DNA of 47,654 bases from Folioceros fuciformis (lineage: Eukaryota). This document shows positions 35,699-47,654 of this stretch, in pieces. Position 1 is the stretch's first letter, and the number at the start of each line of letters is the position of its first letter. The stretch lies in assembly GCA_049999805.1 (NCBI GenBank), contig JBNGIO010006304.1:223041-270694 (forward strand), read 5' to 3'. The notes beneath the pieces are model-generated. The model had not been told where the DNA came from. It did not search any database and saw only the letters and a program-made list of their open reading frames with translations. The position numbers were made by a program, and so were the translations under genes.

Positions 35699-38600
35699 CT
35701 AAATAATTGCCACCGACTCTTCATTCTCAAGCAAATGTATCTGAGGAGGCTGGTACCTGTGACAAACCAATATGACTGCACCGTCGTCAGCAGAATAGAG
35801 ACGGACTTCAAAACTTGCTGTTCACACACAGGATCCGATGAGGAATGACAAACCAATATTATCTCACAACCAGCCCCCTCATCTCTTGTTCATCCGGATT
35901 TATGTTGTCCAAAACTTAGCCCCACAAGTGGAAGAGTGAGAAACATTCATCAAACAACTGGGCTCAACCTTCCTCTGCCGTTGACAGCTTCTATTGAACC
36001 CCTTTCTTCAATTATCTGCACATGCATTGATGCGGTAATAAGACAGTAAAAGTAGCGATGAGCATCCATCAGCAATGACCTCAGACAAACGCTCACCTCG
36101 GTTAACAGGTCCTTTCGGGTTATCACACCCACAACTCGCGATGGTCGGGGCACCACGCACACATGTCTCAACCCCAGCTGCCGGAAAAGATTGTAGACCT
36201 GTCATTTATCAATGGAAAAACAATGGTTAAAGGCTGCACTCAACGCAGCTTCATTGACGCTCACGAAACTCCACTCCCGACAGGATCAAGCAGTTTCTTC
36301 CCTGTCGAATACCGAAAAAGAAGAACCATTCTCTATTTGCGTATCGACTTTTCGAGCCAGACAGGAAACAGACGTCCAACTCCACCTGTAACTCATTGCA
36401 TGCAAATGACCGTCAATCGTACCTTAGTGACCGACATATCCTCAGGTACCAGATAGGGTGAAGGATTGACAAAAGGTTCCAAATCCAAGTACATATCCAT
36501 CTCCTCTGCAGTTAAATGGATATCCTGGATTGTTGTTCCTTTACTTGACACAGGCTTGGCAAAATCTGTAACATCATACCTGCAGGACAACCATCCGGGG
36601 ATAAACTCAACACAAATCTTCGCATCACGGGATTTGGCTTGGCAGAAACACTGGAACTGTAAGCAGACTTACTTGAAAGTTATACGCCCCCTCATATCGC
36701 CAGGAACATCAGATCGTTGAAAATCAGCTTTGGATTGTAACAGCACCAAGAGGTAACTGCACGATCAGAATGACAAGTTTAGTTTCCATGCCATTTCCTG
36801 CCACATCTGGAAAAAGAGAACCTTACTGCTATTCACACCCACACGCTGACCTCCTCAAAACAAGTCCAATGACCACCGGCTCCCCACTTTGTAGATGATC
36901 AATTACCTGCATACGGACAATATCACATGACTCTCACTGCATTGACAGCACAAATGCCTGAGAGTCGAGAAAGAGACAATACCGGAAATCCATTGTGGCT
37001 ATTGTCTTGCAATGTTGATACTATGTCCGCAACCTTTGTTACCCTTGAAAACTGGACAACCTGCCCATTGGGAATACATTGGTGAAGCTCCCGAATTGGC
37101 ACCTTCGAAGTTAATCGTGCACTAATCGTGCACTGGACTAACCAGACTACCTATCCCAAAAATGCTTGTTGTTTCTATCACTTACAACATTCAACAGAGA
37201 AGAGAGAGAGAGAACGAAAAAAATTGACCTTCTTGGAAGTCAGAACATCGGCTGCAGTTAGGTTGCGCATGAACCGCTTGGGCCTAGATTCAAGCAAAGG
37301 AATCCGTCTCAGGGTAGCTTGTTCTTCATAGAAACCCGCATTGAAAGCATCTCCTACTGCCTGGAGAAAGAGAACAAGACAAGCAGGTTGAATAAGTGAG
37401 ATGCATCTCAAGGGACAGGAAAGGGCACAATGCATGACCACAAAAAAACCTGACCTTAGAAATGAGTAAGACCAGCATAATAAGCGGCAATAACTTGAGA
37501 TTGTTTGTAATTTCCACCATGATCACGCACAAGGACACAGTCATCCGCATAGAACCGCCCAGAAATGAGGCGGCGCCCAGCAAAGCATACCTGCAGTGCG
37601 CAGAACAGAATTTAAAACAACACCAAATTGGGCTCCGAGGGAAGGAAGGTAACATGCCCCAAGTCCACCACCCTCCCAGCTTACAACACACACTACTTCT
37701 TTCCCTGTTACCAATTCTTTGGGGGAGGGGGGACCGAGCGCGGGACACCACACTTTGGGTCAAAAACTTACGTTCCTTCATCGATGTTACTCTTGAGACC
37801 AGTAACATGTACAACCAGCATGCCAACTAAACGTCCATAGGTTGCCCCAATCATAATGCCAGGGACAAACTGCCCTGATGGCACGGCTGTTCCATAGGTG
37901 ATTACAGCTAGCGAGAAGAACATCGCCTTCAGAAGAAAAGACTTGGTTGTCAGAATATGTCAAATCACAAATATACACAGGATTGCTGCCAAGACCAAGC
38001 AGGATCAGCTACCAGAAAGATGACAAGACTGACAGCACTGTATTCATGCACTGTATTTGTGCTGAAGAGGTTGCGGATTGCATCATCCTGCCAAAGTTCA
38101 AGCAGTAAGCTCCTCATTACATCAGCGTCTGGGAAATTGCTGCTGAAGAAGACTAACTAGATGATACCTGAGTGTTGAAGAAGATAGTCGCCAAATCATT
38201 GTACTCCGAATTGCCGCTGGCACAATGAAACTAAATAGAGCACAAACCTATGGGTTAACAAGTCTATAGCGCTCCTCCAGAGTGACCATGAGACAGACCC
38301 ACACGTTGCAGGACACAGAGAGCCGAACATACTTACATTCACATAGTTGCCAAAATTGCCTGGACGGGGGCAGACGACATCCGGATAGCGCACGGGATCC
38401 GGACAAGGAGTGCATTTGTTGAGAAGTGGCAATCCAAACGATAGAATTGATGTGACCAAAGACACAAGACAAGCCTCTATTATCTGCAGGCCGATACAAA
38501 ATACATTACATATGGAGCCAGCAAAGTCATTCTGAAGTAGAAGCCAGATGGCAACCACATGCCAGAAGAACCAGTCACCAATCACCGATCACTACAGCAC

Positions 38601-41311
38601 CCAGAGAATCAAAGCTACTGGGAACAAACCTTTACACGCTTCCCACGCTTATGTAAGACATTTCTCCGCCACGTCGATACAGAAGCTGTTGCCTGGTTGA
38701 ACAGTGCACCTGAAACAGAACGGCGCAATGAACATTGAACATCACTTTCTAGAAGAACAACTTTTCTCTCCTCGATGAACATGATCATCAACCACGGACA
38801 GTAAAATAAATGAACATGAAGAAGTTCAGTACCAAGCAAGCCACCAACCACTCCTACCACCGCCATGGGCAGAAGCTCATAAAAGGAATAATCATCCTGG
38901 CCACTACACACATGAACGTCCTCAGTCTCCTGGTCTCCACATAACCCTTCCAGATGACTACAAACAGAATGCTGCGAGAAAATCAAGACTACCCTGAAAT
39001 GTCCCATATGATAAATCCGCCAGATCCGAAATGGCCACAATTCCCATGTGCACACCACCCCATGGCGGTCCGTACCACAACNNNNNNNNNNNNNNNNNNN
39101 NNNNNNNNNNNNNNNNNNNNNNNNNNNNNNNNNNNNNNNNNNNNNNNNNNNNNNNNNNNNNNNNNNNNNNNNNNNNNNNNNTTCTGATGAATTATAGAGT
39201 CCCCCACACAGTAATAGATAATTAAAGCCAAGCAAAAAAGGAAAACGGAACACCGTCACAATCTTCATACCAAGAAGTCACTTCTTCCAGTGCGAAAAGC
39301 ACACCCCCAACTGGAGCCCTAAAAGCTGCTGACACACCAGCCGCACACCCACATGTCACCTAGCAAATCAAAACCCCAATCAAGGGTCAGACTAAACCAT
39401 CTCCGTGCACTCGCCACTTGCCAAAAAAGTCTTAATGCAACAAGCCGAAACGTGAACAGTAAATGACCAAAGGGAATGGAGCTCGTGAGATGTTTGAAGG
39501 TCACCAGATCGCGACGATCTCGATCATTCTTGAAGACTTTGAGCCATCTCCAGTTGAGGTAATACTTCGTTGATCCACCCTGAAGTCCAGCAGGAGACGA
39601 TGATGACCAGAGAAGAAATAGATGCCATCAATCACGCCCCTTGTATCCGTAACTGTGAAAAACTATCACTCTGACAGTAATATTAATTACAGGAGATATC
39701 AAGATATGCAAACGCAGTCAAACCTGCATATAGAGGGACCAAAGTGGGTAGCACAAATCAAAAAATTTCCAGCAGCAGCTTGCTTTAGGCCGTCCATGAG
39801 GTCACAAACTCTTACGGTTGCACAGAAGAGTTCACGACGGAAAGAACCAGTCAGACAAGGCTAGCAAAGTGACAGGGTAGAAATGATCTGACAGGTTCTG
39901 ACATCTACAGTGTCGTAACCACTACACAAGTCCCTCAACTTTTTGCTCTCAGACGTCTTCAGACAGACAGACTAAGATCATGATTGCACGCCTCATTACA
40001 ACCAATGTCCGGAACCATCACTAACCTGCCCAAGGATGGATGCAATGCATGCGCCAGTGTGCACCAAGGGCCCCTCTTTCCCGAGGGCCAGACCTCCACC
40101 CACAGATCCGATGCTACCCAGTATCTGAAACACACGGCGGGTATAACTCAGCTTATGTACCTTCAACGTTTGCAAATAGGTGACGTAACACCAATATGAA
40201 CTACAGTCTCGAAAGCAGACTCCATGTGACCTAGGTCCCCCCATTTGCAGTTTTACCTTTCCAATGAGCGTTCTGAAAAGGAGGATGCCAGGTGTGTCGA
40301 TACCTGCATTCAAGATATCCAGAATCTTAAGCACGCTCCAAAGAGAACTCATAAGAGCGACAGTAAAACGTCAATGCTGCATACAACCACCTTACCGTTC
40401 AGATACCCCTTGATTTCTGGAATTCCTGACCCGGCCGCTGCTGGTGCAAAATGTGTGACAATGAAGACGGAGGAGAAAACTAGCGCCCCATTGAATAAGA
40501 CGTACACCAGAAAAGCTAAAAAGTACGAGTGATTCATGATGGAAAACGTCGCTGCGAACTTCCAACCAGCAAAGTTCTCCACCGCTATATTGATGAAGAA
40601 AGCCGAAAGCCCCGTAGCTGCAGATCAAGACGACACAGATAAATTTGAACTTCCAAGTGCTCCAATGGTGGAAACCAATTGTTCCATAGTGCCCTCGCAA
40701 ACATGAGCTAAAAATTTCTGCTTGAAACATACCAACTCCAATTAACAAGGCGAAGAGCCACTTCATGGTGACATACGATCCATGATGCCAAAAACCCCTT
40801 GATGCCTGCCACAAGGCAACTTCTCAATTCTTCCGAACCCAATTTTTCGAATTTCGCATGATAACGTAAAGGCAGCCACAAGTGCAGTTCACTTCCACAT
40901 CACAAAGCGAAGCTCTGTCGTCTAAATAGTTTCTGCTGTACTTGAGCTGCTACATCAACGATCGAGTAGTAAAACATCCAAGAGTAGCACTGGACATAAG
41001 ATTCAACTTTCATACCCCTGACCTAGGAAACAATACCGACAAGAGGGCTGATCTGCCACACGAAAAAATTCCCGAGAACACCATCCAGGCGAAACATTTT
41101 GCAAAACAGAAATGACAATCCAGGTCACCTGATCCTCCTTGTACGCTAAGTTTTCCACAACTTCGTAGTCTAGACTCTCCATAGTGGAGGCGCTACTCTC
41201 TGCCCCACTGTCTCGGCGATCGATCTCAGAGAACACCAAGGGGGAATCGGGGTTCACGAGCCGGGACCACATGGGGCCCCCCTTGCCGAACCTCATGTGA
41301 TCGTCCAGCAT
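35699..41311 (-). CDS. CLC-d: CLC-family Cl-/H+ antiporter, CLC-d clade (multi-exon; one N-gap inside)
   Basis: Starts MLDDHMRFG..MWSRL..ESLDYEVVEN. Motifs: KWLFALLIGVG; GSGIPE (40415-40432, Ser selectivity filter); GKEGPLVHTG (40068-40082, gating Glu); FALEEVTSW (proton Glu); CGHFGSGGFIIWDIS; GQFVPGIMIG; FLGGSMRMTVSLCVI; CBS domains HNGFP and LGLRHVCVVPRPSRVVGVITRKDLL. The last exon (35756-35699) is tentative; without it the stop is at 35950. Confidence 0.93.
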
Positions 41312-42306
41312 TCAGTCAGGGCCTGGAAAGCCACCACCTACAAGCGATGCTCCAATCCCGAGCTAATCCATCGCACACAACTCTTGCTCTGCCGTGACAG
41401 ACCTAGCCATCCACTGACAGCTCCGTGCTTCCTCTTGTCTCGCACCAGACTCATGGGCAACAGGACCATCCCAAATTGCCACTGCCCAGCAAGCTACAGC
41501 GATTGGCGAGATCCCGGTCCCGTCACCACCCCGCAGCGTGGAGATCAGGCTCCCGATCCCGGCCAGGGATTCCTCTTAACGACAGCTGTGGTTTCCGTCC
41601 GCTCAGACGCAAATCATCACCTGCAGCTTGCCACCGAGGCCGTGCCGAGTGATGAAGGTGTGGAATCGATAATAGGAATCGCGCACCGAGCGCGACTGTT
41701 GTACTGTAGCCGCGGTGCAACAGGCTTTACCCAACTCGCCAAAACTGCGACCGATGGCCCTGTTCCGATGAAGCAATAAACCTGGTGCTGAGCGTCTTCT
41801 CTATCAGTGCCGCGCACATGCGGCCCTTGTGGCCAGCCTCCCGGCTGACCGGCAGCTTGCTACCGGTATCCGGTCACCTGCAAAACACGCCTCCTCGCCG
41901 TCTGTGGAGCAAACAGCAGGCGGTTCAGCCAGCAATGACAACTCGGCCGATTGAATCGTCGCCGAATGAAGGGAGCAGACAAGTCCAAGCTCTACGAGCC
42001 GGCGTGCGAGCTACCATCTTCAATTGCGCTGCCGTCCGATTAACAGTAGCGCCAGCCTCCCGTGATCTGTTGCCATCAGAGAATCTGAGCAATGCGAGCC
42101 TGGGGCACTTCGTTCTGGACAGCGGATTTACTCTGCCATCATTGCTCAATACCGACGTCGACGATAGAAGATCATGGAGTTTCCGCCAACAGCATCTGAA
42201 GGGATCCTATCATGTACCGACATCGCCAGTAGCACGGCAGAAAGGGTAACTTGCAACTTTTTCGACCATTGCACCCAATGCATCTCACATGTACACAGAG
42301 CATGCA

Positions 42307-45300
42307 TGTGACAAGTTGGATTGAACTACTTAGTATTAGAATATAGATAATTATCATCCTGGTTATTAGGGAGTAGATAGGCCAAGGGACGCACCCTCAC
42401 CTTGACACCTTTATAAGCACACTTGTGCTCACACCTCTATCAATCTTTAATCACTCCTTCTCTCCTCTGTTTTCCTAGTCATCATCCTACTCCAACTCTT
42501 TCTCTCTTCTGTTTTCCTAGCCATCATCTTATTCCAATATGGTATTGGAGCCTAGATTGAGATCACTCCTTCTCTCTTCTGTTTTCCTAGCCATCATCCT
42601 ATTCCAATATGGTATCAGAGCCCAGATTGAAATCACTCCTTCTCTCTTCTGTTTTCCTAGCCATCATCCTATTCCAGTATGGTATCAGANNNNNNNNNNA
42701 TTGAAATCACTCTTTCTCTTCTGTTTTCCTAGCCATCATCCTATTCTATTCTAATATGCTATCTGAGCTCCTAGCCATCATCCTATTCCAATATGGTATC
42801 TGGGCTCCTAGGGTTGTTTCAACAAGTTAGGCCCCTTTTCCTACCCAAGCGGTGTGTATCCCGTTTTTTTGGGCACCGGTTTGGAATCGGTTCCACCCGA
42901 TACCTTTTCACACCTGCACTTGTCTCTTGGGAGCTTGACACCTGCTGCTAGATATGCGGACTACAAGACCAGCCTCAACCGCCACCCATGCGTGAAGATC
43001 AAGCCCGTCCCTCCTTCCAATCGATCGGCATCTCCGTCTCTCACCAACTATGCTTCGCAATTGTGGGATCAGCTTCAACGCGCCACTGAGAATGTGGTGG
43101 ACCTTGCTTTTTGTCTTTGCCGCATATCGCAAGCAAAAATTTATAGCCTACAAGGATCCAACTTGCCGGACACTCGGCAGTATGAGCACCCTTGGGTAAT
43201 TTCGTCAACATTGGGATTTTACAAGGTGCCTTGGAGGACTTTTCTTTTCAATTCTTTGAACAAGTATACCTTTATATACTTTCTATAAAATGTCTTCTAA
43301 TGACTCCATCAGTAAGCAAGGTAAATTTCTTTGATGGCACCAACTACCCGTCATGGAGTCGTAAGATCGAGGTCTTTCTCCTCCCGAGACGACCTGTTTA
43401 GCGTCGTGGATGGCAGCAAGCCGTGCCCTTCTACCCCACCTGCTACACCAGGAGGCACTATTAACTCTAACCCCCACCTCTGGAGCTGGTAGCAAGCAAG
43501 AGTGGGACTCCGTGGACCGACAGGCACGCGCCAACTTAATGTTGTACATGAAGGAGGCTCAGATAAGCGTCGTCCAGCATCTTTCAACTTCCAAGGAGGT
43601 CTGGGACTACTTGAAGAAGAAAAACGTGTTTGACAACGTCGTGAAGAAGGGTTACATGATGCAGAAGTTTTATTCTCTCCGCATGTCTGAGATCGACTCC
43701 ATTGAGTAGTTTGTGAACAAGTTCATGAACTTGAAGGATTTGATGGAGATCACCGGCACCATTGTGTCGGACCATGATGCCTCTGTTCAGCTGCTTCAGA
43801 CGATGCCACCATCGTGGTCCGCCCTTGTCATGACTCAGACGGCTAACCCCAGGACGCTAGATGAGAGCATCTCCCTTCTTCGACAAGAGGAACAACGTAG
43901 GAAGGCTGGAGAGACCTCCAACCCCAAAAGCATTGCCCTCTTCTCCGGTGATCGCCCTAACCGCCCGAGAGGCCGGTTCGTATAGCGTGGACCCCCTAGC
44001 CCAAAAGGACCTTCTAACAAAGGTCCTCCTCCGGGCCCTCATCCAAATGATCAGTGTAAGCCCCGAACGTGCTGCTACTGCAAGATACCTGGCCACCACC
44101 AACGTGATTGCCGAAAGCGTCTCGCCGATCTCTGGCAGCAGCCCTCAGCAAGCAGCGCCACTACCAGCGCCTGCCTGTTTGTCACCTACTTGAGCGTTAC
44201 CATTGCTTATATGCGTGGTTTGAAGACACATGAGCTACTCAACACATGACGGGCCACCGCGAATGGTTCGACACCTTCCAGCCCAATACCATCGATAGCT
44301 TCGTCTACCTCGGCGACGACTCCCGACGTGAGATCAACTTGCCATGGCCATCAACTTGCCAAACGGCCAGGTACATGAGCTCCACGATGTTCTCTATGTT
44401 CCTCACCTTAGTAAGAATCTGGTCTCCGTCGGCTAGGCTCTTGAAGCGGGCTATTCTTTTGAATTTGCTCCCAATCTGGTCTCTATGACCTGACCTGTCA
44501 GCTTGTTTGTACATGTAAGCACCTCGGTAGGTTGTTTGTCTTAGGCACCAGCCCTACCTACCATGCTAATGAGGTTCTCTCTAGACCAGAATGTGATAGC
44601 ATCTCTCACCCCGCTACCTACCTCAATTCGGCACATCAGCCTCCATGCTAACTAACCTCTGGCACTTTAGGCTCGATCACGCAGGCTTGCAACGGATGAA
44701 AACCCTACCAGGCTATGTCTATGGGTTTCCATTGAAATCCATCTCTGGCCTTTCCCTTCTGCCCTAGTTGTACTTTTGGCAAGCAGCAGCGTAAGAAGTT
44801 TCCCATAGGTTCGTTCAGAAGCCTTGAACCCTTAGGTCTAGTTCATACAGACCTCCTTGGCCCTATGCAGACCCCTTCTCTCTAGGGCTCCCTTTACCAA
44901 GTTAGCTTCATAGATGACCACACCCGTTACAGGTGGGTCTATTTCTTAGCCGCTAAGTCAGATACCTTCTCTACCTTCCTTACATGGCAGTCTGAGGTAG
45001 AGACTCAACTTAGCCGTAAGCTCAAGATCCTTACGAGTGACGGAGGGGGGGAGTTTGATTCCACCGCTTTCCATGCCCACTGTCGGCAGCACGGTATTAT
45101 TAGGCAGACTACCGTCCCTCACACTCCTGAGCAAAACGAGGTCGCTAAGCGTCGACATCGAACCCAAGTGGAGATGGGTTGTTCTATGCTCAAACATGCT
45201 TCTCTCCCTAACCGCTTTTGGGCTGAAGCTTTGAATACAGCTAACTACCTTCTCAGTCGGCTACCCACCAAGGCAGTTAGTGGGATGACTCCTTTAAAGC

Positions 45301-47409
45301 GTGGACTGGCAGGAAGGCCGACCTCAGCCATCTTCGGATCCTTGGCTGCCCTGCCTACATCCACATTCCCAAGGCCTCGCATAAGAAGCTTGGCTGTAAG
45401 TCCCAGAAAGGTATTCTCTTGGGCTACGGTGAAACCGTCAAGGCCTATCGCATATATTTAACGGATACCTGCCGTCTGGTCCTTGCTCGTAATGTTATTT
45501 TCAACGAGCAACCCCTTCACCTCCCGTCCGGTGTGGGGGGGGACGCATCTCCCTTTGATGTTGCTTCTGCAAATGTACTCTCCTCACCAGTCGACGATAT
45601 CGTGGCCATGTTGGAGGATGAATGGGAGCAAGTTCCCCCACCTGCTCCACCTCTCCGGGGCATCGTCCCATTGCCTCCTCCGATACCTCTTGCCCCATCC
45701 AGCAACGATGACTTGGATTTGGACCTCAGCAGTCTTTTCTCCTTACCTGAGGATGAGGTAACTCACCCCCCTGACTTACCTCCACCTGCTAATGAGTTCC
45801 CACACCCATGTCGTTCAACTAGGGTGCGCACTCTTAGCCGGAAGGCCCCAGAGAACCTTGAGCGCGATGCCAATTTCGCTGCTCTCACTTATGCCCAGGC
45901 TCTTATGTCCACCACAGACATAGTTGGGCCCACATACCTCAAGGCAACCCTATCCGAGCTGCAATCCTCGGAATGGAAGAAGGCTGTAGCCGATAAATTC
46001 AATTCTCTCAAGGCCAACAACACCTGGCGGATATGTGAGCTGCCCCCAGGACGATCGGCAATCGGCAGCAAGTGGACTTTCAAGATCAAGTACATAGCCG
46101 ACGACGCCATTGATCGCTACAAGGCCCGACTCGTTACTCAAGGCTACACCCAGTGACCCGGTGCCGACTAGGAATCGGTTAATCTCTTCTCCCCTATTGT
46201 CCAGATTAGCTTGCTCCATACCATCCTTACTTTCGCCACCCTTTACGACTAGGAAGTTGAGCAACTAGATGTCAAGACTGCTTTCTTGTACGGATGTCTC
46301 GAGGAGGAGATCTACATGCGTTAGCCCAAAGGCTCCGAAGAAAAAGGCCGTGAGCATCTAGTTTGCCTACTTGTAGGCAGCACCTATGGANNNNNNNNNN
46401 NNNNNNNNNNNNNNNNNNNNNNNNNNNNNNNNNNNNNNNNNNNNNNNNNNNNNNNNNNNNNNNNNNNNNNNNNNNNNNNNNNNNNNNNNNTAACGTTTAT
46501 ATCCTTCGGTCTGGGACTACACATGTTATTCTCGCTTTATACGTGGATGATTGCATTCTCGCTAGTAACGACAAGCCCGGTCCCCTTGCCAAAACCATCC
46601 TTATGCTCTAGTACAAGTTTAAGATGGCTGATTTAGGGGATATTCATTATTGTATTGGCATGAAGGTTACCCGTAATCTTGCTCATAGATTGTTACATCT
46701 TAGCCAGACCCAATATACAGAGAATACCCTAGCTCGTTTTAGTATGCAAGACTGCAAGCCTGCATCCACTCCCCTCACTGTGGGCTCTCCTTTGTCCTCT
46801 GACCAGGCTCCCATGACCAACAAAGAGCACAAGTACATGGTGACTATGCCTTACCAGGAAGCCATTGGACGAATCAACTGGATATGTACTACCCTATGAC
46901 TTGACCTTGGCCACTCCGTCTGTGTGCTCGCACAGCAGATGGCCAACCCCGGTCCCGCACATTGGTCGGCTCTTTAGCGTACCCTACGCTACCTCAAGCG
47001 TACTAGCACCCATGGACTCTTGTTCCAAGGCGCTCCTGCTTCGGGTTCTGCCTCTCTTTCCCCTCCTCAGTTGTCTGCTTACACTGATACTGATTGGGGG
47101 GGAGACATAGACTCGAAGAAATCAACATCAGGCTTTGCTTTAATGCTTTGCGGTGCGGCTATTGATTGGGGATTCAAGAGGTAGACAGCCATTGCCCTCT
47201 CCTCCACTGAGTTGGAGTACATGGCTACTACCCTTGCCACCAAGCACGTCGTGGACAGAGTTCGGCTTCTTGATGTAATAGGGATGAAGTAGCAAAAGCC
47301 GAACATCATCAAGATTGACAACCAATCTACTTTAGCTCTTGCAGGCAACCCCAAGTTCAACTCCAAGTCCAAGCACATAGATCTCCAATACCACTACGTA
47401 CGTGAGAAG
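42307..47409 (+). mobile_element. Decayed Ty1/copia LTR retrotransposon (5' LTR, PBS, gag-PR-IN-RT-RNaseH; many stops and frameshifts)
   Basis: PBS TGGTATCAGAGC at 42610. Gag: FDGTNYPSW (~43330), STSKEVWDYLK, zinc knuckle CYCKIPGHHQRDC (~44073-44111). Protease: ATQHMTG. Integrase: LVHTDLLGP, SDGGGEF, FWAEALNTANYL. RT: AIGSKWTFKIK, YKARLVTQGYTQ, QLDVKTAFLYG, LYVDD. RNase H: YTDTDWGG..KSTSG, DNQS, SKHIDLQYHYVREK. Integrase before RT indicates copia. The left LTR boundary is approximate. Confidence 0.93.
42450..42810 (+). repeat. Tandem ~70-bp repeats of LTR 3' end plus tRNA-iMet primer-binding site
   Basis: The unit TCACTCCTTCTCTCTTCTGTTTTCCTAGCCATCATCCTATTCCAATA-TGGTATCAGAGC repeats. PBS-like copies start at 42540, 42610, 42680, 42757 and 42794. 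Confidence 0.88.
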
Positions 47410-47654
47410 TGTAGGGTTATTAAAGCCCAATGTGCTTAGACTAATGTGTTTAGTCTAAGATTAGTGTCTAGTTAGGTGTCATTAGTTTAGATTAGCTTAA
47501 GCTAATCTGTAGGAAGCTTCTTGCACAGATTCCTGTGCGCTTCTTGTGAAGCTTCCTAGGGAGCTCTTCTAGAGCGTATAAATACCCCCTTGAGCTCCCC
47601 TGCAATCTGAGACACTGAGAGTGTGACCTCTCTTTCTCCTCTCCTCCTCTCCTC
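47410..47654 (+). mobile_element. Start of a different LTR inserted into the copia RNase H (runs off the window)
   Basis: The RNase H frame breaks right after YHYVREK at TGTAGGGTTATT (TG start). TATAAATA at ~47577 is followed by a CT-rich tract. There is no visible similarity to the 5' LTR at ~42307-42537. Confidence 0.6.

Noticed and set aside
35699-41311. Unusual selectivity or U12 introns in CLC-d
   Set aside because: GSGIPE, GKEGP and the proton Glu are canonical, and the introns I checked are ordinary GT-AG.

Overview
Eukaryotic nuclear DNA from a gene-dense land plant. The evidence is short GT-AG introns (mostly ~80-300 nt) and seven N-gaps. A bryophyte or lycophyte is inferred, and a hornwort-like genome is plausible but not proven. 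Genes reconstructed by hand from splice sites: plastid ATP/ADP antiporter NTT (2741-5778 +); directly downstream, a highly diverged but still in-frame NTT paralog (6583-8719 +); CCDC25 (+); intronless FRA10AC1 (-); glyoxylate/succinic semialdehyde reductase GLYR1 (-); an NHR2-like protein (+); Lhca4 (-); a DUF1635 protein (+); an intronless GH31 HGL1-like glucosidase with an altered nucleophile motif (+); and CLC-d (-). The right end is a decayed Ty1/copia retrotransposon. It carries a tandem array of LTR-end+PBS units and is interrupted by a second, different LTR. Several complex tandem repeats are present, one containing a repeated palindrome. The best candidate for new biology is the diverged NTT paralog, which has no obvious transit peptide. 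No CRISPR, rRNA or tRNA was seen. All family assignments come from motif recognition, not database searches.
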